Position numbers and translations under genes: made by a program. From contig NC_081392.1 in the NCBI RefSeq assembly GCF_030684315.1, positions 7,981,113 to 8,045,112 on the forward strand: a stretch of 64,000 nucleotides of DNA, given 5' to 3'. Position 1 is the first letter of the stretch; each line of letters starts with the position of its first letter. Below the pieces are notes generated by a model. It had not been told where the DNA came from and searched no databases. It worked only from the letters and a program-made list of their open reading frames with translations. Shown here piece by piece: positions 26,230 to 39,165 of this stretch. The DNA is from Stegostoma tigrinum. Lineage: Eukaryota.

Positions 26230-27120
26230 AAAACCTAGTACCCATGAGGTATTGGGAACATGGAGCACGGCAGTGACAGGCACAAGACAGAACGGAAAGC
26301 CGAACAGTCGCCGTCATTCTAGTCTGACCCACTTTGGTCACTGGCGACTCGGCTGTGATCGGAGCATTGACTCCACTGAGGGGCCGTACCTCAGGAACTT
26401 TCACCACGGATGCAAAACTTCTAACCTGCTTTGATTCTAACCCCATTCCCAGACTGTTTCTCTGTCTGTCTGTCTTTCTGAACAGTCCCAGCAGAGTTAA
26501 ACTGGAGAGGAGGGGACAAGGTCGGCGCGGAGCCTGCTGTATTCGTCACGATCCCGAAGGCGCTCTCTCCTGCCAGGCTGAGCGATGAATCACTCGCTAT
26601 TTACGAAGTCGTACTCACGCAATTCTCACCGCCTCTTACCTTCTTCCTCTCGCTCTCCCCCGCGCGCCTTCCTCGTCTCCACTTTTCTTTTATCGTCACT
26701 TATTTTAAAAAAATAAAATACCAGAATCACGGGGGTTCCCAGCGCCCTAGAGCTTTGGGGAAATTGGATTTCAAGTCAAAGTAACCGCTCTATTAAGTTT
26801 TTAAAAAGACGCCGAGGAGCCGTGATACTTTCCTTGCTACAAAAAGTATCCACTTTGAAAAGATAATGAACCTGACACTTTGTAACTCACCCGCTGCGTC
26901 CAGTCAGCGCGTTCCGCTACATTGTAACCTCTCACTGTGTCAGTTTCACTCGCCTCGGACAGCGTCAGCTGCTCCCGACCGTGGACCCGGATCTAGTTGC
27001 TGGGCAACACGACGGGGGCGGTATTACAGGAGAAGCCCAGGGGGCGGGCAACTAACGGGCGAGAATGCATGCGCACGAAACTGTCGCCGTTCCGGTGCCT
27101 TTTGGGAGTTGTAGTTCTGA
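26230..27120 (-). promoter_or_regulatory. CpG-island promoter and candidate distal first exon(s) of SERTAD gene A
   Basis: ZNF143/SBS AACTACAACTCCCAAAAGGC (27116-27097), CCGGAA (27095-27090), NRF1 TGCATGCGCA (27066-27075), GC boxes, RFX-like GTTGCTGGGCAAC (26996-27008); donors CGG|GTGAGT (26891/26890) and AAG|GTAAGA (26640/26639) oriented toward gene A. Confidence 0.7.
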
Positions 27121-30100
27121 TAGTGTCAGAGGCCTTGAGGACCATCCCCATGGGGGTGATTCTTTTCTCTCCAGTTAGGTCTCACCAGACTCTCTTTTAG
27201 AAGTGCAAGTCTTGAATGGCTCCATGGGAATGCCAACACGTTAGAAAAGGTTTTTCCTGACGGCAACAGCTTTCTAAGGCTGACTTAGACTCCTGGCAGA
27301 TAAAGTAGAATCATCTGGACTTAAAAACGTTAACTAGCTTTCTCACCATGGATGCTGCCTGAGCCACTGTGATCTTTAAGTTTTATTTTCAGTTGAGACC
27401 ACAGCCAGCCAAGCCATGATTTTATCAAATATAAGAGCAAGTTTGGAGGACTGAATGGCCTAGTCCCACTCCTATACTCACTCATCCAAATTACCCTTAA
27501 GGATTTTTGACATCCTTCTGGTGCTGTCCAAAACGTTCTTCCAGCGTGAGCCGAGATGGTGCAAGCACAGAGTAAGTTAACCATCTCAGCCCACCTGATA
27601 GCTACATAAATCCATCTTTCTGGCGAGTAAAATAAACAGCTCCCAGTTATCAAGAAGAAGGAGTTTTGCCAACTTTTCCTCCTGTATCTCAAGGAAATTG
27701 AGATTATTGAATTTAATGAAAAAGGGGGAAAATGTCCCTTTTAACATGTAGGATGTAGGCATTCTTCGCAAGACCACATTTGTGGACCTAGAGATAGTAA
27801 GAACTGCTGATGGTCCTAGTTGGTTTTCAGAAGGTGGAAATGGAACTTTCTTATCATAGTTTCTAAGATAATGGTGTTCTAACTATAGTAATAGGAGGGG
27901 AATGGTAAAATAAACCCAGTACCTCAAAAGAAACAGTGACATATGAACAAGTCAGGTTGGGTTTCTTTGATTTATTTGGTTTCTCCTTTCATGGGATGTG
28001 GGTGTCCCTGGCAAGGTATTGCAAATCACCCTCGAATTGAGTGAGATGCAAGGCCATTTTAAAGAGCAATTAAGAGTTATCCACATTGCCACAGGCCTGG
28101 AGTCACATAGGCCAAATTATGCAAAGAACAACATTTCAGAGAGTTGTCCAGCATAGAAACAGACCCTTCGAGTCAACTTGGCCATGCTGACCAGATATCC
28201 TAAATTAATCTAGTCCCATTTGGCCCATCTCTCTAAACCCTTCCTGTTCATGCACCCATCCAGATGCCTTTATTGAAACCAGACTTCAACTCCAGATTTT
28301 GCAAGTTTTTGCATCAGAAAACAGTTGAGGCAGGGTCACTGAATATTTTTAAGTCAATGGTGGATAGATTCTTGCGAAGCAGGGGTAATCAAGGGTTATT
28401 AGGTGTAGATGGGGATGAGGAATTTGAAACACAAATAGTTAAAAGTCATGCTCTTATTAAATGACATGGCAGACTTGAGAGGCCAAACAGTCTAGTTCTG
28501 CTCTAATTTTGTATATTCAGGTTTAATTAGCTGAATTTAAATTCCACCAGAAGTACTGAACTTGGAATTATTGTTTGTGAGGAACAGGTTATGGTTAGGC
28601 TTATTTTCCAAAACTCTCCAGCTCCGGGATTTCCCTCAGGGCATGTCTGGACCTGTTGGAGATTGGTTGATAAAGACCGATTGCTCTGATTAGTCAGCAT
28701 ATCAGTCATTGATATGTCAAATGATTACATGGATGATAGTAGGTGAACTCGATAAACCTTGGTCTTTTATATTACTTTATATATGCTGGTTTTTCACAAC
28801 CAGTGGGGTTTCTTTAGCCTCTCAAAAGGTTAAATTCAATTTATGGAGCTAGGGAAACCAAAACATTTCTTCCAAGGGGAGTAACAATCTCTTGCTCAAA
28901 CTTCAGCACAAGATCGGTGAAAACATCTTATTTCCCCAAAGTTAAGGCAGCTGATTGGAAATTCCATTTCATATTGCTAACATATGTTTGAATTAATAGC
29001 ATTGCTATATTAACATTGACTTGTATAAAGATGCAGAATCTCTGCTTTGAAATATGCCATCTGTCACAAATAAAGATGCTTTGGCAAAAAAGCTTACACA
29101 AACTTCTCTAGCAAGGCCCCAAATACTCACTCACCACATCAAGTGGTTAATATACAAGTTACAAGTCCATGGCTTCTGCAGACATTAAATAAGTGTAAGT
29201 CAACGCAGAGTTAAACATTTAATATGCAGTCCCAGACAGCTTTGGAAACTCTCACTGACTTGATATTTGAGGAATTAAACTTCCAGTGAGCCTATTGATT
29301 TTCTGGATAGTGGTTGAATTTAAGATTGTTAACATTTTTAATTGGTACCATGGGGATTATTTTCTTTGTGTTAAGCCAGTGATGCCCACTACACATTCAT
29401 CTAACTCAACCTTCAAAAAAGGTGATTTTTTAAAAAATATCCATACACAACTGATAGTCCAATAGATGGACATGACAGCATCCACTCTCACACCAGGTGG
29501 TTTTAAAAATTCATTCACAGGTTGTGGGCATCACTGACTAAGCCAGCATTTATTGCCCATCCAAGAGTCAACCACATTGCTGTGGGTCAGACCAAGTAAG
29601 GTTGTCAGTTTCCTAACTTAATGAACCAGATGGGTCTTTCCCAACAATTAATGGTGATTTCACAGTCATCATTAGACTCTTTTTACAGATTTCAAATTCC
29701 ACCATCTGTTACAGCAGGATTCAAAACATTACCTGTGTCTCTGGATTAACATTCCAGAGATAATACCACTAAACCATCACCTCCCCTTGTTAAATCTCAT
29801 CCATCACTTCAGTGCATGACTGCAGCTGTGCTTCACTACCCAAACAGCTGATGATTCACATCCAAAGACTGTCTCAAGGGAACAGCTTTTGGCCTGGTAG
29901 GATTTTAAAACCTGACTTTGTTTTTTCTGTGTATTGTGGTCTTACAAGACAGGGCACTTTAAAACAAAATGCACTCATACTACACCTTCAATATACAATA
30001 ATAACACAACCAAAGTTACTTCATTGGAGCTATATCTGACAAAAAAAAAAGACACCATGCCTCAAGCTATTAGGAAAAGTACCAAATGTCAAATGTTGAC

Positions 30101-30640
30101 AGGGGTTTATAGAAGGAATTTTAAAATTTAGATTCTAGGCAACAGAAGACACAGTCACCAATGGTGGAGCAATGAAAAACAGATGTTCATAAGGCCAGAA
30201 ATCTGAGTGATGGTAGAGATTATAGAGACAGGAAGGAATGAGCCCAGTGAGATTTGAAACAATGGATAAGAATTTTATAACAGTATTGTCAGACCAAGAG
30301 CCATGGCAGATCAAAAAGTCAAAAAGAATATGGAACATTGTCAAACTAGTTGAACTAATCCCAAAGTGGCACAGATCCCCAATAAAGGTTTTGCCAGACA
30401 AAACCACTAGACCTCAGGCTACTATACATTTTGTGGGCATGAATGGTGCACAGTTAAAGAAATTGACATATCCAGTGGACTCTCTCTACTGCAATAACAC
30501 AATTATAGAGAGTCAGAAGTAACCGTCTGGCCAATTGTTCAACACGCTCTTATCCATAAGACATCGCAACTCACAATCCTCCCCTATCCCCAATAAAGTC
30601 AATTCTTTCCACAAGGCAAAAGGAGATGATTCTCTGAAAA

Positions 30641-30771
30641 GAGGTAATAGGAACTGCAGATGCTGGAGAATCCAAGATAACAAAGTGTAGAGCTCGATGA
30701 ACACAGTTTCTGTGCTCCTAAGATGCTGTTTGGCCTGCTATGTTCATCCAGCTCTACACTTTGTTATCTCG
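30641..30771. mobile_element. Penelope pLTR hairpin insertion with 13-bp TSD
   Basis: gattctctgaaaa at 30628-30640 and 30772-30784; arms agataacaaagtgtagagct / agctctacactttgttatct. Confidence 0.75.
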
Positions 30772-31889
30772 GATTCTCTGAAAATCTTGCAGAATTCCCC
30801 TCCACCTCAGACCTCCTTAATGTCCTGGCCAATATGTATTGGTTGACCAACTATCATTTCATAAAAGTGATTTTTTCTCCATTTCCATAACAGGTGTTTT
30901 TGAGGCCTTTCTGTGAAAATTTGCTGCTGGATTTTCTACATTTCAGAAAAGTTTATATATTTAGGCAAATCTGAAGACTGTGAAAGCTTTATATAAATGC
31001 AAGCCTTTTTGTTTTATCCAGGGAATTCAAGGTTGAAGTATGGTGATTGTTGCATAAAAAAGACAGAGAAGGTTTTAGGTAGGAAAATTAAACTCCAGAT
31101 TCAAAATTTGTCTGTTTAAAAATTTTATTTTAAGAAAATGTAAATACCTGCATTTTCATTGGACAGTAATTGCATAGAAATTGAGCAGCACCACAGTCTG
31201 CTTAACACATTAAACCACAGCACACTGCTGGCACCAACCAAGTCCTGCATTAGCAGCTTAAGTTACAAGCACCTCACATTACCAAAGTGTCTGCTCCCTT
31301 CACAGTCCTCACCCCAATGGGGAAACAAGGCATACGTGCAGAAACAAGCACTGAACAGACTTTGGAGATGAAGACACTGGCTAGCCAGTTTAATCAGGTA
31401 AGGGTGTAAGTAATCTCCCCTCACAGTGGTAGGAAACCTTAGTATTCAAGGCTTTTGTGGTGGTAAGAGTTCCATGCTAGATCACTGTTCAGCAACCTTT
31501 ACTGAAAAATGCATATATAACAACACAAGGTGCAGAGAGATCAACCAGTTGCATCAACCCTTCTCTGCATAGGCTGAATCATGCAAGAAGAATCCGGAAC
31601 ACACAGTTGGTCCCTGTGTAGCCAGACCTCGGCATATCAGCACCACTCACACAGGAGAAACTGCAACCAATTAAACCTCTCAAGTTCACTGCTATTCCCT
31701 AGAGGTCTGTGTTGAACAGTTGTGCTGGGTTTGTGTGGAACTGTTTATAGGTAGACGTGTAATTTCACTCTAAAGGACTTACTGCATCAAATCATATTTT
31801 CCTGCATTAAACATTTCCATAAATATATAACTATTATCATTAAATAAAATTCACATAATTCTCCCTTAACAAGATAGTCTTTTTAATAT

Positions 31890-31890
<1 letters not shown>

Positions 31891-31926
<36 letters not shown>
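31891..31926 (+). repeat. (GC)n(CA)n microsatellite
   Basis: Directly visible alternating purine-pyrimidine tract. Confidence 0.9.
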
Positions 31927-32724
31927 AACATAAGTCTTATCTGAACTACCTGCTCTCTCCAGTATTGAGCTGACATAATCAAAACTATCATTCCGTGGTA
32001 AGTTGGCTTGTGACGCTTGTATTGCAATTAAAGATAACTGTTAATTTCTCAATTTGAAGTTCAGATTCTGAATAGTCTGGAATTAGCTTTTACCCCCCAG
32101 AGCAAACAAGGTATATGAACACATGCAATGGTCAGAATGGGAGAGAGACTGATCAACAAACAGTCCCACTAGAAACAGTGGTGTGTCCATCTCTGTTTTT
32201 AATTGACTGCTGAGCGCTTCTACAAGCTTGGCTGCTGGCTTCTGGCGTAAGTGATGCAGATGTATTTCAACTTAAATAAGATTATTGTAATATCTCTCCT
32301 CTCCATCTCCTGGGCCATTGATCAGAAATATGCAGTAGAGAAGTACATTCCAGAAACAACATGATCTACAGCCACCTTAGCACAGGATAAGCTATGTATT
32401 GGGTCAGTGTAAGCAACCTGGACTAGATACACAAAACAGGGAGCATTCTTCCACACTTGCTAGCCTGCATCAACATTCTCAGCACTGCCAATTCCCAATC
32501 ATTACATCAACAATTAACTATATTCCCAAGAGCATTCATTAACAGTAGACTTCTGCTCACCCTCTTAAATTTCTCATAGTAATTGAATTCCCACTGCAAG
32601 ATTTAAATAAAAACACAAGTGTGCAAGGTATACCCCACCTTAATAGTTCTACTGGACAACTCTACAGTACGCTCTTCACTGCACCATTAACAAATGTGAA
32701 AACTTTTAAAATATTTGCAACCAT

Positions 32725-32730
32725 TTTATT
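32725..32730 (-). terminator. Candidate poly(A) signal of SERTAD gene B
   Basis: AATAAA on minus strand ~3.2 kb past the stop in a repeat-poor tract; other sites possible. Confidence 0.3.
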
Positions 32731-35551
32731 TCTTAAATATCCAAACTGAAGCATGGTCTAGAGGAGGATGAAAGCATAAACCTTTATCCATAACTACATT
32801 AAAAAGAACAATTACGCATTTAAAGAAGTCATTTCAGTGATAAGAAGTTAAACTTGCATAGAACAAAGCAAGTACTAGAGATAGGCGTTAAGTGTGCAGT
32901 CCCACCCACTTGAAAAGCATCTCTCAATCCAGGCTGGAAGCTAAACTGGGCACCATATTTTTAAGTCTTTAAAAAAGCATTTTTAATTAATGAGTTCAAG
33001 CATTTTGTAACACATCTCCAGGAGAGACAGGACTTGAACCCAGACTTTCTGGCCCTGAGGTGGTGACACAACTGTCCCACGAGACCCTGTACTTGTGTTT
33101 AAGGCGTCAAAAGCTCTCACAAATTTGAACAATGAAATGCTGGTGGTATCACCAGTGGACAGTTAAATGGAAACTAAACATTAGGTGCTGTAGCTGAGAG
33201 ACAGGCAGAAAGCATGTTCCAGATTAAAGTTCAAAACCACCAACACTGTACAATGAGTTTGTTTAAAATGATACAAAAGCATATCATCAATGGGAGGGAG
33301 CATGATGGGTATAAATCAGCCTTGTATTGAGGAATATAAAAATTCTCTGGCAAGTGGAATACAACATAATGTTATAATATCAAAGCATGGCTTAAATAGG
33401 ATTCAAGATTCAGGCCACAAGACATCATACACGAGAATTCATAATGCAGAAACAGAGAGTGAGAAAACTGATAGAAGGAAGAAAAAAAACAAATCACATT
33501 ATCTGCTCAGTATCCTTAGATAATGGGTGCAACATCAATCCAATATAAAGTGACAGAGTAAACAAAAATATGAAAAGTATGCACCTTCTTTCTCCAGTGT
33601 TTCACCCTCCAGAAAAAGAATTAAAACTGTACTGCTCTAGTGTATGGAATATAAATTGTCAGAAGCTAAAATTTGGGGCAGGGTATACTAAACATGACAG
33701 CCTGTAAGAATAACTCAATGATGCCTCACAACACAATAAAGACACCAACTAGAATCTCAAGTGTGTGCATCGGTTCAGCAATCTGCATGGTTGTGGACCA
33801 CACTTACTGCTGATCATTGCTTATATCAGAGGCTTCTTTCTTCACTTCTAGTGTTAAAAAGCACCTTCGTTGCTTCATGATTTGTGATCACTGCCACACA
33901 AAACTCATTTGATAGAAGCTATAAAATCATCCTCATTGCATTTAATTTAAAATTTTCTCTTTAAGGAAGCAAACTACAATAACTGGGAGCATTGGCTAAA
34001 CTCAACTTAGAAAAAAAACCTTTGCCTTGTGAAATGGATAATTCTAGGACTGACTTGGAAAGTTGCATGTCTCATTCCCCCCAGTTCATATTTCACCTGA
34101 ACCACTCTCCAGGAAAAATAAACATACACAAGACAAATTAAGTGGCATATATACAGTACAAAAGGTTAACTCGGAATACTATAAAACTGCTCCATGCAAT
34201 GTGCCTTCATGAAACAAACGTTTAAGAATATTTAACTGTGCCTACAGTGCGATCATTAAATACCAATCAATTAATATGGCTATTTAACCTATCTTCGCTT
34301 ATAAAACTAACAGGAGACCTCAACTTTCAACAGCAGTGTCCATGTTCTTAATATCTACCTATATCAGAAAAATCAAGACATTTTAAAAATTACTAAATAC
34401 TGAGTGGTGCAGCAGTCCCTACAGTGAAAACCATGTCAAACCCAAAGCAATTAAAGCTGTTCCACCCCATAAAATTCATCTCTGACAGCTTACATACCAC
34501 AGACAGATAAAGATATAGCAACATGCTGAAGCAGTCAAAAACATAAATAGCAACTAAATAACAGTACAGAATCACTTTAGCACCTCAACACCGTATCCAT
34601 TGGGCTGGATAGTTCACTGTACAAAGGTTTTAGAAAACAAGGCCTTTTTAGTTTTTGTCACATACCGAGGGATTCCAAACTGTCTACCTTCAGCCATTAT
34701 TGTCCACATCAGTAGCAGATGGCAAGTTCAAGTTCAGAAAAGGCAAGATATGCAGCTGACAATGTAAACAACTCCATTCAGATCTGAATTCTCAGGAGAC
34801 TAAGAGGCTTGCCAGTAAAGGTTGGCAGCCACAGATTCCCAATGCAAGGAACACAATTAAGGCATAGGACTGCTTTAGATCACAGCAGCATGATGACTAG
34901 GGTCAAGATTCAACACGTTAACTTTCCAAGTCCTTTAACAGATCAAAATCCACAGTGCAAGTTTGGAGTATGGATGGGAAAAAGGGAGTAATTCAGGATC
35001 TGGTCTCAAAAGCTGGACAAGTGTGTCACATTTTGAAACAACGGCAAGACATCTAGAACCTGGCCCTCTTTGCTCAGTTGAAAACTGCAGCAATTAAACA
35101 CTAATTGAGATCCACAATCACCTGACAGGCAGCAATGTGAAGCTGTTGGTTTGCGGGCTTCGGTGGTGCAGTAGATGTGTCCCTACCTCTGGGCCAGAAT
35201 ACCCAAGTTCAGGTCTCACCTGCTCCAGGGGCACATCATAGAGTCTGAACAGGCTTATTAAAAATATCTATTAAGCCACTGGTCTAACAGTCCACTTCCA
35301 CTTTGGATAAGGGTAGGACCTGCTTTATCCATCTACCCTATAACTGTATTGTAGAGTGAGAGTGCAGGTCAATGGCTTTATTCCAGCAGCAGCTTCATTC
35401 CAGTTCCCCTGCGTCTAACATGACATGCATGGCTTTGCATTCAAAACAGAGGTAGGCTCAAAAAGACAACTCTTCCCTCGTACAATCACAAACTTTAAAA
35501 AAAAAATCTTCAAATCCAGCTTTTGGGGGAAAGAAAAGCAAAAGTCACAGA

Positions 35552-35553
<2 letters not shown>

Positions 35554-35588
<35 letters not shown>

Positions 35589-35594
35589 TACACA
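35554..35594 (+). repeat. (CA)n microsatellite in SERTAD-B 3' UTR
   Basis: Directly visible. Confidence 0.9.
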
Positions 35595-35925
35595 GCGCAA
35601 TGATTAATTTTTTTAAAATGTTCAACCTATTTCTAGGATACAATAAGGAGTACTTTGATCTGTTCTCATAAGGCCCTGTGCAGCTGCCCAGAGGCATATT
35701 TGTTCAATGTCGTTGGTAGGCCCCAAACCAATAGATAAAAATATTTACAGTCTCTAACTCCCCAAATCACATACATTGATCGGAAACATTGCTCCATGTT
35801 GATAATGGAGGCCTGAGTAGAAAATGAGCAATAGGACTGCGCCAGCATTGCTCCCCGTTGAAAGTGAGGGGTGTGTCTTTGGCTTGCAGAAGTCAGTCAG
35901 TAGCCTGTCACAGTGAGGTAGCTCC

Positions 35926-36759
35926 TCAGGAGCTGACCAGGATCTCCATGATGTGATCCAGGTCATTCAGGTCAGTCCTTGAATTTGCATTGGCTCCCAG
36001 TGAAGAAGAGGAATTGCATGAGGTGAAAGTCTTAGCCAGGTCATCGGCCACACCAGGGGGCACTGTTCGGCCACTGGGAGCCGGCCCCACTGTAGCCACA
36101 TCGCAGTCACACACAGAGGTGTCAATGTCAAGAAAAAGGTCATCCAAGGTAACACCTACAAGGTAACTGGAGCTCATGATTTCAAAGCTGCCAAACACAG
36201 ACTCCAAAGGTCTACAGGGCTCTGAGGGCTGGATTTCCTCTTTATCCCAGTCTTCTGCCATTGTGTCCATTGCTTCTGGCATGTCTAGATTGTCTTGTGG
36301 GTTTGATGGTGAAGGGCTTCCATCAACAATGATGTCAAGGTCCCGGAGGATGGAGTTGATGGCAGAGGAGAGGGAGTGGTCCTCATCAGAGGTAGCAGAC
36401 ATAAAGTCCTCAAGGCCATCACTGAATCCAGCAGGGTGGCTCTCTGTCGTCAGCCTTGATGGTGGGGCATCCCGCTGGCTGCCAGATTCCAAACACCCAG
36501 AATCCAAGGTCATGGCAGATGCCAGTTGGCTGCTCTCCAGCCGGATCTCTTCCTGGATCTGCCGCAGGGTGTTAGCAATCAGTACAGTGCGCCGAAGGCT
36601 GAGCTCGGGCAGAGCCCGCCCATTCTGCATCTTATTCAGTGAGGTATTGAGTACCAGCTGCCTCTTGAGGCTGTAGGACTCTGGACAGTCAGCAAGGTTC
36701 TGACAGGAATCCAGACCCCCATCGGCATGGCGTTTCCGCTTCACACCCTTTCCAACCAT
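35926..36759 (-). CDS. SERTA-domain transcriptional co-regulator, gene B, 277 aa (SERTAD3-position / SERTAD2-like sequence)
   Basis: Acceptor cctttatcttggcag|GTCTCA ATG at 36759; MVGKGVKRKR, SERTA domain RQLVLNTSLNKM...LRRTVLIANTLRQIQEE, LDDLFLDIDTS, C-terminal DLNDLDHIMEILVSS*. Confidence 0.93.
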   Translation of the reverse strand: MVGKGVKRKRHADGGLDSCQNLADCPESYSLKRQLVLNTSLNKMQNGRALPELSLRRTVLIANTLRQIQEEIRLESSQLASAMTLDSGCLESGSQRDAPPSRLTTESHPAGFSDGLEDFMSATSDEDHSLSSAINSILRDLDIIVDGSPSPSNPQDNLDMPEAMDTMAEDWDKEEIQPSEPCRPLESVFGSFEIMSSSYLVGVTLDDLFLDIDTSVCDCDVATVGPAPSGRTVPPGVADDLAKTFTSCNSSSSLGANANSRTDLNDLDHIMEILVSS

Positions 36760-38859
36760 TGAGACCTGCCAAGATAAAGGACAGCTGTTAACATTGTACA
36801 GAGCCCTAGAGAGATGGCTCATATCTGTGCCAATACTAGCATATCTGGAATGGGCAACAAAAGATTTATTAGCTTAGTTATGCAGGAATTACTGCAAACA
36901 ACAGGCCATTCAGCCCAAGTGATCAATGCTAGCACGTACATTACAACCAAGCCTCTAACCACTTATGATCTAGCTAGACTGTTCATGTTTAAAAAAAATC
37001 CAAACATTCTAACTTAGCAAAATGTATCAGAAATACATTTCACTTTTGATAAACTTTATTATGTGGGTGTGATTACTGCAATCACAACTGCAGGAGGGAC
37101 ATTCATCACCGTGCAGTTGTAGTAAATGTTCCATCAATGGCCAGCAAACAACAGCAAGGTGTATGCAACAAACAAACAGGTGCAATAAAATAAAAAGTGC
37201 TTTTGCAAAAGTTTAAACAAATTCAGTTCTGGGATTTTGACTTGTTCACTACCCGACCCCAAACACTTGTATGACCTGCTCCTCACACTTCACTGCCTCC
37301 ATCACATTCACCACTGTGTTGTATAGCAAATACCAACCAGAACACCAAATGTAGGAGGGCAACATTGAGTGAAGCAGCAAATGGTGTGAGAGAAAGCCAG
37401 GCACCAAGCAGGGCAAGGGTTCCTTGGCTATCAGTGGGGCAATGTTGATGTCCTGTACTAACATGGTAGCAAGAGATATTCAGTTATTGTACACAAGGCT
37501 CAAGTGCACAGATTCCTCTGATGCTGCATGGCCAGCTGTGTTCCCCCAGCTCCACAATGTTTTATCTCTGGTTTATAACTATGTTATGAACTCAGGTTTA
37601 CTTTCTACTTTAGTTAAGCATTCTCCAAGACAGGGTTTTTTAAAAAAAATGTTTGTAGGACACAACCACAATTAAATCTCCAAAGAATCATGATGATCTT
37701 TAATTCCTCTCAGCTCCAACTATTTTCAGATGTACAACTTTCATTTACCATCTCTTGACAATGGATGCTTCAATCCCTTCTTCTGTTTACCTGATCAATA
37801 CTACTCAGCTCATTCGGCAGATGACTTTATTTCACACAAGAATCTGTGAGGCAGCATAGATTCTTCTACAGGCGTCAAATTCAGCTAGACAAGCATCCAC
37901 CTTCTGTTCCCTCAAACAATCAAACAGAATAAGCCCCACACACAGTGAATGAAGTTAGACTTTTACTTTGCAAACAGAACATGACTGTCAGCTACTGTAG
38001 CTATCTTTTCTCTGTGAACTACAAACCATACAAAATACAAACTAACTCCTTCAGCAAACAACATAAACAGAAACCAGAGAACCGTCTAAGCTTCACCCAC
38101 CTCCATAATGACTTAGGATATCCTCAAACCAACTTTTAATTATTTCTTATTTACAATTTCTTTTTTGATCGGGTGAAGTAAATGGCTTTACAACATTTCA
38201 GGGTTCATGGAATTCTAACCAGTTGAGCTCTTAACTCCCAAAACGAAAAGAAAATCTTCTTTGTCGCAAGGATTGCCTTTATCATGACTTCAGTTCTTTA
38301 CCCAAGCGAGCCCACTTTGCTGTATTATAGTTCCATCTTTGCAGTTTCAACTTTGTTAAACAAATGTAACTTTTTGAAATGCCATTTGTTTAGGTGCAAA
38401 TGTCTACACCCAGCATTTTAATTCCCTCACTTCTTTAACTTGAACCTTGCCAGAGCTAAAAATTACTTCTCAAACAGTAACATGAACCAGGAACAATATA
38501 TTAATAAAACCACCCTTCTTCGTCAAAATCAATCAACACACCCTTCTTGGGCTAGGGAGAGGGAGGGAAAAAAAATTAGTCTGTTTTGGACTACTGCTAA
38601 TTGTACAATTAGGCTTTTTGGAGATCACAGAAGGAGATGACCATTTAGCCATATCTCTAGGCTAGTTCTTTGAAATAGTACACTAGCCTCCTAACCTTGC
38701 AAAAGTTTTCCTTTTCAAGTATGCATTCAGTTCCCTTTGAAACTGATGACAGTATCTGCTACCAACACCCTTTCAGGCAGAGTGCTCTAGATTATAACTC
38801 ACTGTGAGCCAACATTACTCCTCATCGCCTTTTGGCTCTTTTCCCAATTGAAAATGTTC

Positions 38860-39165
38860 TAATTTTTCCTAGGTTGGGTGAGTTCAAAACTGGAGGACAT
38901 AGGTTTAAGGTGAGAGGGGAAAGATTTTTAAAAGACCTGAGGGACATTTTCATACAAAGGGTGGTGCGTGTCTGCAACGAGCTTCCAGAAGTGAGGGAGG
39001 TGAGTACAACATTTGAAAGACATCTGGATGGGTACATGAATAGGAAGGGTTTAGAGGGATATGGGCCAAATGCTGGCAAATAGGACTAGGTCCAAATGGA
39101 TGCCTGGTCAGCGTGAATGAGTTGTGCTAAATGGCCTGATTCCGAGCTGTATGACTGTATGACCT
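38860..39165 (+). mobile_element. CR1/HER1 LINE 3' end
   Basis: FPRLGEFKTGGHRFKVRGERFLKDLRDIFIQRVVRVCNELP. Confidence 0.85.

Noticed and set aside
36766-36822. 21-aa N-terminal extension of SERTAD-B (MSHLSRAL...)
   Set aside because: Upstream of the acceptor at 36766/36765; the family-typical start is ATG 36759.
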